64,000 bases of DNA from an uncultured Phycisphaerales bacterium (GTDB taxonomy: Bacteria > Planctomycetota > Phycisphaerae > Sedimentisphaerales > Anaerobacaceae): positions 256,001-320,000 of the forward strand of contig CAVYYI010000003.1 of the NCBI GenBank assembly GCA_963772725.1. The letters are read 5' to 3'. Numbering within the stretch: position 1 is the stretch's first letter; each line of letters opens with the position of its first letter. The notes under the pieces are model-generated. The model made no database searches. It saw only the letters and a list, made by a program, of their open reading frames with translations, and had not been told where the DNA came from. The position numbers and the translations under genes were made by a program. Positions 33,047-43,763 of the stretch are shown here, piece after piece.

Positions 33047-34221
33047 ATGATAATGAGGCTAAATTGGCCGTTGATGGAAAATAATATTACCAAAGATGAC
33101 CTCGATGTTCTTATTAAGTTTCTTAAAGGTAATCCAAGGCTGACGCAATCGGCGAATGTCAAGGCCTTCGAAGAAGAATGGTCTAAGTGGCTGGGCGTAA
33201 AATACAGCGTGTATGTCAACTCTGTGCTTCGGCGAACCTTATTACAATTGCCGCTCTTAAGCATCTTTTCGGCGGCGGTGAAATCATCGTGCCAACACTT
33301 ACGTGGGTCTCTGATATTGCCAGCGTCCTTCAAAACGGCTTTACACCAGTATTTGTCGATATCAATCCTAAAAACCTCTGTATGGATGAGAGGCAGGTAA
33401 TCAAAAAAATTTCCGACAAAACGCGGGCGGTGTTTATGACTTATGTGCAGGGCTTTAACGGATTGTCGGACAGGCTGCTCAAGACCATGAGGAAACGAAA
33501 TATTCCTCTTATTGAGGATGTGTGCGAATCACACGGTGCAACATTCAAAGAAAAGAAACTCGGCTCTTTCGGGCTGGCGTCGAACTTCTCTTTCTATTTT
33601 GCGCATCACATGAGCACCATCGAAGGCGGAATGGTCTGCACCAATGATGAAAATATCTATCAGACAATCCGCATGTTCCGCTCGCATGGGATGGTGCGTG
33701 AATCGTCAAATGAGAAAGTCAAAGAAAAGTACATTCGTGAAAACCCTGACCTGAACCCGGATTTTATTTTCGCCTTTCCCGCTTACAATGTGCGTAATAC
33801 CGAAATCGGGGCTGTTTTGGGCAGAAGCCAGTTAAAACGTCTCGATGCCAACAACAAGCAGCGGCAAAAGAATTTCAAATTCTTTCTTGAAAATCTCGAC
33901 GCTGATAAGTATCGAACCGATTTCGACCTTAAGGGAAGCTGCAATTACGCATTTAATCTGGTAATTAAAAAGGCGGATATTAAATTCAGAGACAAACTCG
34001 AAAAAGTGCTGCGTAAAGCGAATGTTGAGTTTCGTTCAGGCAGTGCCGGCGGCGGAAATCAGCTTCGTCAGCCATATCTTAAAAATATTGTCCCGGATAA
34101 GGAATGGGAAAAGTATCCCAACATTGAACATATCCATTTTTTCGGGTATTATATAGGAAACTATCCAGGCCTCAGCGAAGAAAGAATTTTATCGCTGTGC
34201 AACCTGCTTAACAACGTCTAA
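33047..34221 (+). CDS. DegT-fold PLP enzyme, ColD/DdhC-type 3-dehydratase (frameshift near 33222)
   Basis: YVNS, EDVCESHGA, SFYFAHHMSTIEGG (His in place of the Schiff-base Lys). Confidence 0.85.
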
Positions 34222-34233
34222 AAGGAATAATGA

Positions 34234-35704
34234 ATGAGCAAGGTCGATATTGTTTTAGTTAAACCCGGCAGTCAGAAGCAAATATATGGAGAATTGAGTT
34301 CATTTCAGTTGACTGGTCTTGAGCCGCCCCTTTGGGGAGCTATCTTGGCTGCTTATTCTGCGAAATATGGGCTATTCTGTTGAGCTTTACGATGCGGAGA
34401 TTGAAAACTGGTCTTATGAAGAAACCTCACAAAAAATCATAGAGGCTTCTCCGCTTCTGGCCGCAGTTCTTGTTTCCGGCTCAAACCCGTCAGCTTCCAC
34501 TATGAATATGACGGGCGCAGCCCGGATTATTTCGCTGGTTAAACAATCCAACCCTGCCATTTACACTATCTTCTCTGGTTTACATCCCAGCGCTCTGCCG
34601 GAAAGAACAATGGCTGAAGAACAGGCTGATTTTTTATGTCAAGGTGAAGGATTCCACACTTTGCCGAAACTGATAGATGCGATAAAGAACAAGTCTGATA
34701 ATTTTCAAATCGAGGGTCTATGGTATCGAAAGAATGGTCAGGTCCTTTCCAATTCGCCGGCACCTTTGCTGGGAAATCTCGATGAACTCCCGATGCCGGC
34801 ATGGGACATGCTTCCAATGCAAAAATATCGAGTCCACAACTGGCACTGTTTTGACGACATCGAAAAACGTCAGCCATACGCTGTTTTATACACCAGTTTG
34901 GGCTGTCCGTTTCATTGCAGCTTCTGCTGTATTAACGCCCTTTTTGGCAAAAATACAATTCGTTACAGAAGTACCCAAAAAGTAATGGAAGAAATTGATT
35001 TTCTTGTGAATACTTATGGAATAAGAAATATAAAAATCATCGACGAAATGTTTGCGATGAATGAAAAACGCGTTATTGAATTATGCGATAGAATCATCGA
35101 AAGAAAATATGACCTGAACTTCTGGGCTTATGCCCGCGTCAACACTGTTACCGAAAAAATGCTTGCAAAAATGAAACTTGCTGGTATAAACTGGCTTGCT
35201 TATGGTTTTGAGTCCGGCAGCAAAAGAGTAATTAACGATATTACAAAAGGTTACAAAACCGAATCAGTCGAAAAAGTTGTAAAAATGAGTTATGATTTAG
35301 GCTTTTATATATGCGGCAATTATATTTTCGGTCTGCCCGAAGATGATTACGATTCAATGAATGAAACGTTAAAGCTTATGCTTGATATTAACGCGGAGTG
35401 GGCCAATATTTATTGTGCGATGGCTTATCCTGGCTCGGAGCTTTATGAAATTGCCATTAAAAAAGGCTGGCCTCTCCCTGATTCATGGCAGAGCTTTTCT
35501 CAATACACTTACGATACGCTGCCGCTGCCCACTAAATATCTCAGCAGCGGACAGGTATTAAGTTTCAGAGATTATGCTTTCGACAGCTATTTTCAAAATC
35601 CCGCGTATCTGAATAAAATAAAAAAACTGTTTGGTATGAATACGGTTAATCATATTAAAAGTATGACTCAACACAAACTCAAAAGAAAATACGCTCAGAT
35701 TTAA
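34234..35704 (+). CDS. Cobalamin-binding radical SAM enzyme (frameshift near 34357)
   Basis: EPPLW, GLHPSALP, GEG, TSLGCPFHCSFC, GFESG, IFGLP, AYPGS. Confidence 0.88.
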
Positions 35705-36660
35705 TGGCACAAAAACCGAAAATATCTATAATCACTGCCTCAAAAAACGGCTCACGTTTCCTTCGAGAAACCATCGAGTCGGTTCGTAAGCAGACATTCA
35801 CGGATTACGAGCACGTCATTGCTGACAGTGTTTCTACTGATGATACGATAAAAATCCTGCAGGAATATAAAGACATCGGCTACAATCTCAGATGGATTTC
35901 AAAACCTGACCGCCACGCTGACGAAGGCTTTTTCAATGCTCTTCAAATGGCCACCGGCGAATATATTATGCTTACCTGCATCTCGGACGGCTACCTGGAT
36001 AAAAACTGGTTTCAAAAATGCGTTGACCTGCTGAATAGTAACCCTGATGTCTCGCTGGTTTATGGGATGCCGGAACACAGAAGGGAAGACGGCTCATTCG
36101 TGAAGGTTGTCTTTTCCGATTTAATGAATAACCCGCCGCCTCAAAAAGAAGACTTTCTACCATTCTGGCTGGGTACTTGTTTTGTTTACCCCGAAAACAC
36201 TTTTTGTGTACGAGCCAGCGTTTTTAAAGAATGTTTCCCTAAATTTGAGCCTGATGGGTGTTTTCTTCAAAATCATGCCCTTCTCGCATTTAACTATAAT
36301 TTCAATGCCAAAGGGTATCTGCCTTATTTTCTGCCGATTGTTGCAAGTTTTGGCCGCTCGCACCATGACAGTAATAACCGAAAACTCACTGAGCTGAATA
36401 AGGCTATGAAAAAGCAATACTTCGATGCCATAGCTTCCTATGAAAACGAACTTTTATCGGGACAGAAACAGCATGTTTTCAAAAACGGTAATTCCACTGT
36501 TACAAAAACACTGGAAAATAATGTACTCGAACGATACAGAGAACGAATTTCATATTTCAAAAAACACAAGGAAACTTTTTTGGGCCAAAAAAAGTCCCGT
36601 CTTAATCGTCTAATAGAAAAATGCAGGAAACTACTATGCCAGAAACAGAAACCAGTTTGA
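35704..36660 (+). CDS. GT2 glycosyltransferase
   Basis: ISIIT, TIESV, DSVSTDDT, ATGEYI. Confidence 0.85.
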   Translation: MAQKPKISIITASKNGSRFLRETIESVRKQTFTDYEHVIADSVSTDDTIKILQEYKDIGYNLRWISKPDRHADEGFFNALQMATGEYIMLTCISDGYLDKNWFQKCVDLLNSNPDVSLVYGMPEHRREDGSFVKVVFSDLMNNPPPQKEDFLPFWLGTCFVYPENTFCVRASVFKECFPKFEPDGCFLQNHALLAFNYNFNAKGYLPYFLPIVASFGRSHHDSNNRKLTELNKAMKKQYFDAIASYENELLSGQKQHVFKNGNSTVTKTLENNVLERYRERISYFKKHKETFLGQKKSRLNRLIEKCRKLLCQKQKPV

Positions 36661-37367
36661 AAAAACAAATCTTTAGTTTTAACGGTTACAACCGTGACCA
36701 GTGGATGGTTTACATTTCTAAGGGTATACCTGCCGGCTTAGATCTTCTTGATGCGGGAGCAGGCACAGGTCTTTACCGCCACTTATTTGCACACTGTAAT
36801 TATAAATCGCAGGATTTCTGCCAGGAACCTACCACTCAGGGCAGATATACAAAAATGGATTATGTCTGTGATATCACAAATATCCCGGTTCAAGATAGTT
36901 CGTTCGATGTTATTATCTGCACGGAAGTTCTCGAACATGTGCCTGAGCCAATTAAAGTCATAAAGGAATTTTCAAGAATTATCAGGCCAGGCGGCAAAGT
37001 TTTCATTTCTGCGCCGCTTGGATGCGGCCTGCATCAAAAACCTTACATATTCTATGGCGGCTATACGCCTTTCTGGTACGAGCGATTTCTCAGTGAGTAT
37101 GGATTTGAAAACATAAAAGTTACTCCGAACCGTGGTTTCTTCGGCTACTATTCCCAAGAATCACGGAGATTTATGAAATTTATGTTCCCATCAGATATGA
37201 GAATGGTTAACAAAATATGGACTTTCCCAGCGAGAATATTACTCCAAATATGGCTTCGCAAAATAATACCGCTTATGTGGTAACCGTCCGACCAAGTACA
37301 TATTGTAAATGCTGATGAGGTAGGGATAATCGTTTTTGGTTTTGAGGTTTATTTAAGGAACAAAATC

Positions 37368-37721
37368 ATGAGCGATAATGGTAAAGTCACAAAAGCGGAC
37401 CAGACCGAGTTCTGGAAAATGGTTTTGGAAACATACAAATCAAGCAATCTGTCAATTCATCAATTTTGCAAACAGGAAGGTCTTCACGAATGGGCATTTT
37501 ACTCTTGGCGTAGAAAGCTGGCAGGTCAGCAGCCTCAAAAATTCGTTACTCCAACAACACCAGATAATCCGGCATTTATCGAAGTTCCCGTCATACGCCC
37601 AAAGCCGCAGCCATTGGAACTTATACTAAGAAGCGGTCATATACTGAAAATACCCTCTGACATTGACCAGGGCACAATCAATAAGGTTTTCTCTGCATTA
37701 AAGGAAACACAGTTGTGCTGA
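37368..37721 (+). CDS. tnpA: IS66 accessory protein TnpA
   Basis: FCKQEGL....FYSWRRKL, FIEVPV. Confidence 0.88.
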   Translation: MSDNGKVTKADQTEFWKMVLETYKSSNLSIHQFCKQEGLHEWAFYSWRRKLAGQQPQKFVTPTTPDNPAFIEVPVIRPKPQPLELILRSGHILKIPSDIDQGTINKVFSALKETQLC

Positions 37722-38074
37722 CTTTACCCTGTTCGGTACGTATTTTTGTCTCTGTTGATCCAACTGATATGCGTTGCAGTTTCGACCGTCTGGCCGCGAT
37801 GACACAAACTATTTTAGGGCAGGACCCTTTAAGCGGTCATCTGTTTGTATTTTTCAATCGTTACCGCGACAGATGCAAGATACTATTCTGGGACAGGACG
37901 GGGTTTTGTCTATGGTACAAAAGGCTGGAAGAGGGTGTATTTCGATTGCCGCATCATTCTTCAGTAAAATGTCTTGAGATGGATTTGGCAAGGCTGACGC
38001 TGGTTCTCGAGGGCATAGACCTTTGTTCGGCACATCAGCGAAAAAGATTTTCAATTGGAAACGGCATATTTTGA
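37715..38074 (+). CDS. tnpB: IS66 accessory protein TnpB
   Basis: TDMRCSFD.L, LFVF, KILFWD..GF.LWYKRLE.G.F. Confidence 0.93.
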   Translation: MLTLPCSVRIFVSVDPTDMRCSFDRLAAMTQTILGQDPLSGHLFVFFNRYRDRCKILFWDRTGFCLWYKRLEEGVFRLPHHSSVKCLEMDLARLTLVLEGIDLCSAHQRKRFSIGNGIF

Positions 38075-38202
38075 TAATCTCAAAAAAAATATTTCACTTT
38101 TTTTTGAATATTATCATTATTTCTCTTGACATTATCCGATTATATGATATATAGGAGTCATCGTTACGGATAATGATGTAGAAAAAAGCTTTAACGGAAT
38201 AA

Positions 38203-39749
38203 ATGATTACAACAAACACACCTATTACAGAACTGCCCAGCGACGTTGAAACCCTCAGAGAGATGGTTTTAAAACTGTTGGCTAATGTTGACGACCTCAA
38301 TCAGCAGCTGGCCTGGTTCAAGCGTCATGTATTCGGCAGAAGGAGCGAGAAGCTTGATCCTGCCCAGAGGCTGCTTTTTGAGGGTCTTTGTACAGAACTT
38401 GAGTTGAGGATTGCGGCAGAACAACAAAAGGCTGATGCATGTGTTGAAACGCCGAAACCAAAGAATGCCAGTCATCATGGCAGACGTCCTTTACCTGAGG
38501 ATTTACCCCGCCAGCGGATAGAGTATCATCCCCCGGAAGAGGAACTTATCTGCCCATCCTGCGGAAAAGAAAAACAGGTAATCGGCGAAGAGATAACAGA
38601 GCAGCTTGATTATGTGCCTGCATCATTTGTTGTTCGTCAGCATGTGCGCATTAAATATGCCTGCCCTGACTGCAAAGAAAATGTATCCATAGCAGAACTT
38701 CCTGCATTTCCCATAGAAAAGGGTCGTCCCGGGACAGGACTGCTTGCTCATATAATTACCAGCAAATATACCGACCACCTCCCGCTTAATCGTCAGGAGA
38801 ATATTTTCGGTCGGCATGATGTGGAAATCAGGCGTTCCACTATGTGTGACTGGGTAGGGCAATGTGCCGGTCTGCTTGAGCCTATCGCCAAAGAAATGAA
38901 GAGGCAGTTGTTAAAATCGCCTAAGATTCATACCGATGATACGACCATCCCTGTTCAGTGCAAGGATCGTAAAAGCACTTATGACGGTTATTTATGGGTA
39001 TATGCCGATATGAGTGATAATGTTGTGTTCGATTTTACACCGACACGATGTCGGGATGGGCCTATCAATTTTCTGGGGAGTTACAGCGGATATATACAGG
39101 CGGATGCATACAAGGGTTACGACAAGCTCTTTGCCGAAGGCAGATGTACTGAGGTAGGCTGCTGGGCGCATTGCAGGCGCAAGTTTGATGAGGCTATTGA
39201 GACTGATAAGGAGCGAGCCGGGATTATGCTCGCATTGATAGGCAGTCTCTACGATGTGGAACGTGATGCAAAGAGACGTAACCTTGACGCTGACAGTATA
39301 AAGTCACTGCGTCAGGAAAAGAGTAAACCCATTCTCGAAGAGATTCGCAGAGTCATTGATAGCTGGTCGCTACAGATTTTGCCGAAGAGTCCAATTGGCA
39401 AGGCGATAAATTATGCACTTGGTCAGTGGAAAGCATTAAACAGATATATTGAGAACGGAATCCTTTCGATAGATAATAATCTTTCAGAACGGATTTTAAG
39501 AATGGTTGTTCTCGGGCGTAAAAACTGGCTGTTTGCCGGCAATGAGAACGGAGCCAAAGGGCAGCGACCATATACAGTCTGGTTGCAAGCTGCAAACTAA
39601 GTGATATTGACCCATTCGTATATTTCAGGGATGTTCTTGAACGTGTCAGCACGCACCCCAACAGCCGGATTGCCGAACTGACACCTCCAAACTGGAAAAA
39701 GCTGTATTTCAAATCTGTCACAGAAGCAAACCCAACTCAAAACAACTAA
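38203..39749 (+). CDS. tnpC: IS66 DDE transposase TnpC (frameshift near 39560)
   Basis: FGRRSEK, CPSC/CPDC, HLPLNRQ, HTDDT, CWAHCRRKF, IDNNLSER, GRKNWLF. Confidence 0.95.
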
Positions 39750-39993
39750 ACGACAGCCCCATTCTTCGTAAAAATAAATTTCACTTGTGTACTATCCGCA
39801 ACCTGTAGTTGGTCGGACGGTTACCTTATGTGTTACTTTTTAGACAAACACCATTTTGATGGAGATAGAGATTTTACCGTCGGCTATTTTGTAGAGGCAG
39901 TTAAGAAAAAAACATAAAAATGCTCTTTTTCCGTCAGACAGCTGACAATTGGCTTTATTTTAATTATGCAGAAGTTCAGGTGTTAAAATGAAA

Positions 39994-40042
39994 TTAACCC
40001 AACTTTTGCAATTTACCGCCCAAACTGCGAAAGTTGGATTAA
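39994..40042. terminator. Hairpin between convergent transcription units
   Basis: 21-nt arms TTAACCCAACTTTTGCAATTT / AAACTGCGAAAGTTGGATTAA, 18/21 complementary. Confidence 0.55.
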
Positions 40043-40791
40043 AAAGTATTTACTTCCACGGTGGCTGGTGCAACAGCATCTTTAATCGGGTTAGTTCTCT
40101 TTGAGCGGTGCTTTCGTGTATTAATCGTTCTGCCGATTGCGGACTCGGCTGGAGAATTGCTGGAGGCGATTTGGACCGCTTCCTGAGCAGTCGGGGCAAA
40201 AAGGTCTGCGCCGATTTCTTCCCAGAGTCCTTCAGCCCTGTTGAACAGGCCGCCGGAAACCATTATCTTCATATCGGGCCAGGCGTTTACTTCTTTGATT
40301 CGGTCTATCAATTGTCGAATGCCCGGAGCCTGCGCCGGTGAAGTACCATAAATCAGGAGAATATCAGGGCCGTTTTCATTCACAAAAGTCAGGGCATCCT
40401 CATTAGTCAGGCCGCCACCGAGGAATTTGACATCCCAGCCATCGCTTTCAAAAAGGTCGGCGGTTATCTGTGCACCAAGTTCCTGAAGTTCTTCCGGTGC
40501 GCAGCATATCGCGATTTTCTTCGCCCTATTTTGTCGGCGGGGCAGCTTATTCTGTAACTGGTCGATGAGTGTGCGGTTGATACGGGTGGCCAAATGTTCC
40601 GAGGCGGGAGTGATGCGGTCAGCGCGGGCTAAACTCTCGATTTCGACCATGATAGGCCAGATAATATCCATATAAACGTGATTGGCGGGGGTGCCGGTCT
40701 GGAGAACTTCCTCTAATATCGCACGACACTGATGTCTGTCGCCCTTAAGGGATGCTTCTAAATAACGTTCTAATGTATTTGTCGTTATCAT
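40039..40791 (-). CDS. Stand-alone cobalamin-binding-domain protein (CarH/AerR-like cap plus Rossmann), atypical motif
   Basis: ITPASEHLAT, CAPEELQELG, GWDVKFLG, IMVSGG, IGAD. Confidence 0.8.
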   Translation of the reverse strand: MITTNTLERYLEASLKGDRHQCRAILEEVLQTGTPANHVYMDIIWPIMVEIESLARADRITPASEHLATRINRTLIDQLQNKLPRRQNRAKKIAICCAPEELQELGAQITADLFESDGWDVKFLGGGLTNEDALTFVNENGPDILLIYGTSPAQAPGIRQLIDRIKEVNAWPDMKIMVSGGLFNRAEGLWEEIGADLFAPTAQEAVQIASSNSPAESAIGRTINTRKHRSKRTNPIKDAVAPATVEVNTF

Positions 40792-40904
40792 GGTCTTAGC
40801 TCCTATAAAAAATAGTAAATCTTATTTTTATTTCTCCCAGATTAACATATACTGAGCAATTTAGGCCGTCAAATGTTAAACTGGGTAACTTATCTATGTA
40901 TAAG

Positions 40905-40931
40905 TTCGGCGAGGGGAATAAAAAAACTTTA
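40905..40931 (-). promoter_or_regulatory. Sigma-28 (FliA/WhiG)-type promoter candidate
   Basis: TAAAG-N16-GCCGAA upstream of the B12-binding gene. Confidence 0.5.
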
Positions 40932-41128
40932 GTTAAAATAGGTAAAATAGTCAAGATAGATAAGATAAGATAGGGCTAAGAGGTTATTGCAAAAGGGGTT
41001 AGAGAGGTCAAAAAAAATGTTAAAATAGGTAATATTGGCTGTGAGATTTAAAGATAATCCATTAGATTAGTTTGGTTTGGCGATGTTTATGAGAGCATCC
41101 CTTGCTGGTTCTTGATTATTATTTTTGG

Positions 41129-42007
41129 CTACGCGGCTGCTTTTTCAAAAAATACAGTCGCCAGGAGAGGGGAATGGTCGGATGGACGGCGTCCATCCAT
41201 TTCCCTGGTATCAACGCTGGCTTCAACAACCTTGGTATTTTCGCATATTGCGATATGGTCAAATTTTGGCCCCGGACTACTGTGTATAGACTCCCAGACA
41301 TCCGCCATCTTGGGGTAAGGGGTATCATAGCCCTGTTTCAGCAGGTATTTCATCGCCGGATTGGTCAGCTTCATATTGAAATCACCCATTACGATAAAAG
41401 GATCCTGAGTTTTACGCTGTGCGACCCGTTGTGCGAGTAATTGTATGCTGTTTTCGTGAGCGTTCTTGCCGAAACAGACCATGTGTACATTGTAAACGTA
41501 AAATCGCACGTCGGTACCTTTTTCGCCGAGGTACACCCATGAGCAGATTCTGGGCCACTTGCTCCCCCAGTCTTTAGAGCCTGGCACATCAGGTGTATCT
41601 GAGAACCAAAAAGTGCCGGAATCAAGCAGTTTGAAACGATTTTTACGATAGAATATAGGACAGCTTTCACCATCAATAAAACCATCTTTTCTGCCAACAG
41701 CGTAGGTATCGTATTGCGGCAGGGCATTCTGAACATCCTGCACCTGTGAGTTTAAAGCCTCCTGGAGGCCGAAGACATCAGGAGTGTTGCTTGCCAATAA
41801 ATCTATGACTCCATCTTTGCGTCTATTCCAGCGGTGAAAACCGTCGATTATAGTATCAACGCGAATATTGAAAGTCATCACATTTACTAAACCCGACGGG
41901 CTGGGCGAAAAATTGATGTATTTATCCGCGGTCTGCTGTTGCCCGCTACAGCCGGCGGCTATGATTAACAATGCTATCAGTGAACCAATTCTACCCTTTT
42001 TACTCAT
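41129..42007 (-). CDS. EEP family lipoprotein
   Basis: Lipobox AAGC, MTFNIR, GLQE, SGTFWFS.TP, MGDFN, DHI, PSDH. Confidence 0.9.
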   Translation of the reverse strand: MSKKGRIGSLIALLIIAAGCSGQQQTADKYINFSPSPSGLVNVMTFNIRVDTIIDGFHRWNRRKDGVIDLLASNTPDVFGLQEALNSQVQDVQNALPQYDTYAVGRKDGFIDGESCPIFYRKNRFKLLDSGTFWFSDTPDVPGSKDWGSKWPRICSWVYLGEKGTDVRFYVYNVHMVCFGKNAHENSIQLLAQRVAQRKTQDPFIVMGDFNMKLTNPAMKYLLKQGYDTPYPKMADVWESIHSSPGPKFDHIAICENTKVVEASVDTREMDGRRPSDHSPLLATVFFEKAAA

Positions 42008-42324
42008 TTGAGCTTTCCTCTTTCTGTTACATAATCGGCATTTTACCTGAAGGGGATTACCTCTGAATTAAGGTCTGTGCGAATCCCGTAAATCTGGAAA
42101 ACGCTTTTCTTCACTGTGTAATTTATGCAGCAATAAAGCGATACTCCAAGTACTATGCGGGGATTACTCACGGCCGCTTTTAACGACTCAGAAATGAGAA
42201 TTACTCTGCTGTTTGAAAAACTTTTCCTTGTCGAAATACAGACAGACCATCCCTGTCTTCAATTGTGTAAATAAACAGGTTTGTCAATTATAAGTGCCGG
42301 ACAACATCACCTTTTATTCCTCAA

Positions 42325-42350
42325 ATCGACATAATAAAAAAAAACCTTTA
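42325..42350 (-). promoter_or_regulatory. Sigma-28-type promoter candidate
   Basis: TAAAG-N15-GTCGAT (spacer includes a T9 run). Confidence 0.45.
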
Positions 42351-42526
42351 AAAAACTAAGAGAAAAATATTTTGTTCATCCTAAAGGGGTAAGAGATTCC
42401 TGCAAATCGGTACTACTCATTTCCTTAGTTTAATGATTTTTCTAATTTTGACCCTTGATTTTTGGGCTAATTTCGGGGTTTTTAGGGGTGAGGGGTAAAA
42501 ACGGCCCCAATGAAGGGGTAAGATCC

Positions 42527-42555
42527 TTGACAATTAAGTGAATTTGGGGCAAAAT
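42527..42555 (+). promoter_or_regulatory. Sigma70-type promoter
   Basis: TTGACA-N17-CAAAAT. Confidence 0.5.
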
Positions 42556-42603
42556 ATTAGTAGAGTATTGATAATACAAGGAAAGGTTAAGAAAGTTTGA
42601 TAA

Positions 42604-43692
42604 ATGCCCTGGGGGGGCCTAAAGATGCGATGCTATGAATGCTGGAAATCTGTCGCTGCATGGATATGCGGGATTATAGTTTTGGGGGGCGCTGTTTCTA
42701 TGTCCGGATGCCATAGTCCCGACGAACCGCGACTTCGTATGGGGGCTTATTTTGGTTCACCTACTGGGATGAGTTTCCCTAATGTGGAAAATCTTGGCAG
42801 GCACAGTTTCAAACACAGTATGGGTGAAAAGAACGGTATGGTTTATACCTGTCGGGGCGGATTTATCGATTTAGGCCATCTGCGGGAGGCAGCTGACCGG
42901 ACGGAATATATCGCTGGGATTTCTTATCAGAACTTAATACAAAACAAGGAAAAATTTTCATTCAGCACAATTGAACCATCTCGATATTGGGTAAAAGTGA
43001 GATACCCCCCAAACTGGAAGAGTCGTGATATAAAAGAAAAAACACAGATAGCCCATGAGGCTTCGATTTCACTTGGTCAGTACATTGCGCATAAAAGCAT
43101 GGTCTGGCACGAGATAATAACGTGGTATGGGTTTGCCTCGACCGGAATTTTTTCAGAAAAAATTTCATCCTTTTCGCCAGAAGACGGTTATTCGGACCTT
43201 CTCGGTACGGTTATCGCGGCAAGAGCGCTTCGAGACGTGGAATTGAAACGCGAAAGTCAATCGAAATATGATGAGGCGATGACAAGCCTGATATATAAGG
43301 CTCTGAAGGAACTGGACGCGCAGCCGCCGGGAGTGGGCCGCAAAGCTGAAAAGAAGATTGAAGGTAAATGGTTTACAGGCGGTTTATATTTTTTCGTGGA
43401 TATGAAAAAGCGTAATTTTGATATCGGGCTGGACAACGGTAAAATCGTTCCGTGGCTCGTCCAGGACATCTGTCCGAACACTGAACCTCAGGCATGTCCT
43501 GTTCCAAACATGGATTATCTTCTCCAGCACGGATTTAAGGTAGAAGTTGAAATAGACCCGAGAATATTGGAAAAAGACAAGATATATCGTGTCCTTCACC
43601 TAAAGGATGGAGAGAGTTTCATACGGCCAGAGGTTCACTTCCCGGAAATTATGGCAAGGATTCAAAACCAGGCAGTCGTAAAAAAAAACTGA
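42604..43692 (+). CDS. DUF4056-like lipoprotein, copy 1
   Basis: Lipobox MSGC, YTCRGGFIDLGHLR, WHEIITWYG, SSFSPEDGYS. Confidence 0.8.
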   Translation: MPWGGLKMRCYECWKSVAAWICGIIVLGGAVSMSGCHSPDEPRLRMGAYFGSPTGMSFPNVENLGRHSFKHSMGEKNGMVYTCRGGFIDLGHLREAADRTEYIAGISYQNLIQNKEKFSFSTIEPSRYWVKVRYPPNWKSRDIKEKTQIAHEASISLGQYIAHKSMVWHEIITWYGFASTGIFSEKISSFSPEDGYSDLLGTVIAARALRDVELKRESQSKYDEAMTSLIYKALKELDAQPPGVGRKAEKKIEGKWFTGGLYFFVDMKKRNFDIGLDNGKIVPWLVQDICPNTEPQACPVPNMDYLLQHGFKVEVEIDPRILEKDKIYRVLHLKDGESFIRPEVHFPEIMARIQNQAVVKKN

Positions 43693-43763
43693 TGGTCACG
43701 AAAAAGTGAAGCATATGGAAGAAAAATAAGCGTTAGAAAATCTAAAACAACAATGGAGACGAA

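Larger units (their letters stand above)
37280..39824 (+). mobile_element. IS66 family insertion sequence, 2545 bp
   Basis: IRs GTAACCGTCCGACCAA(G/C)TACA (20/21 match); TSD CTTATGTG at 37272-37279 and 39825-39832; tnpA-tnpB-tnpC. Confidence 0.97.
36621..39917 (+). pseudogene. Class I SAM methyltransferase interrupted by IS66
   Basis: LDAGAG, EVLEHVPEP, PGG; removing 37280-39832 restores IIPLMCYFLDKHHFDGDRDFTVGYFVEAVKKKT, stop at 39917. Confidence 0.9.

Noticed and set aside
40932..41040. AARATAG-type repeats as iterons or DnaA-trios
   Set aside because: Degenerate, short, AT-rich, with no adjacent rep gene or DnaA boxes
42008..42320. Riboswitch in the long leader of the EEP lipoprotein or upstream of the B12-binding gene
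   Set aside because: No recognisable cobalamin, c-di-AMP or c-di-GMP consensus by eye; an Rfam scan would be needed
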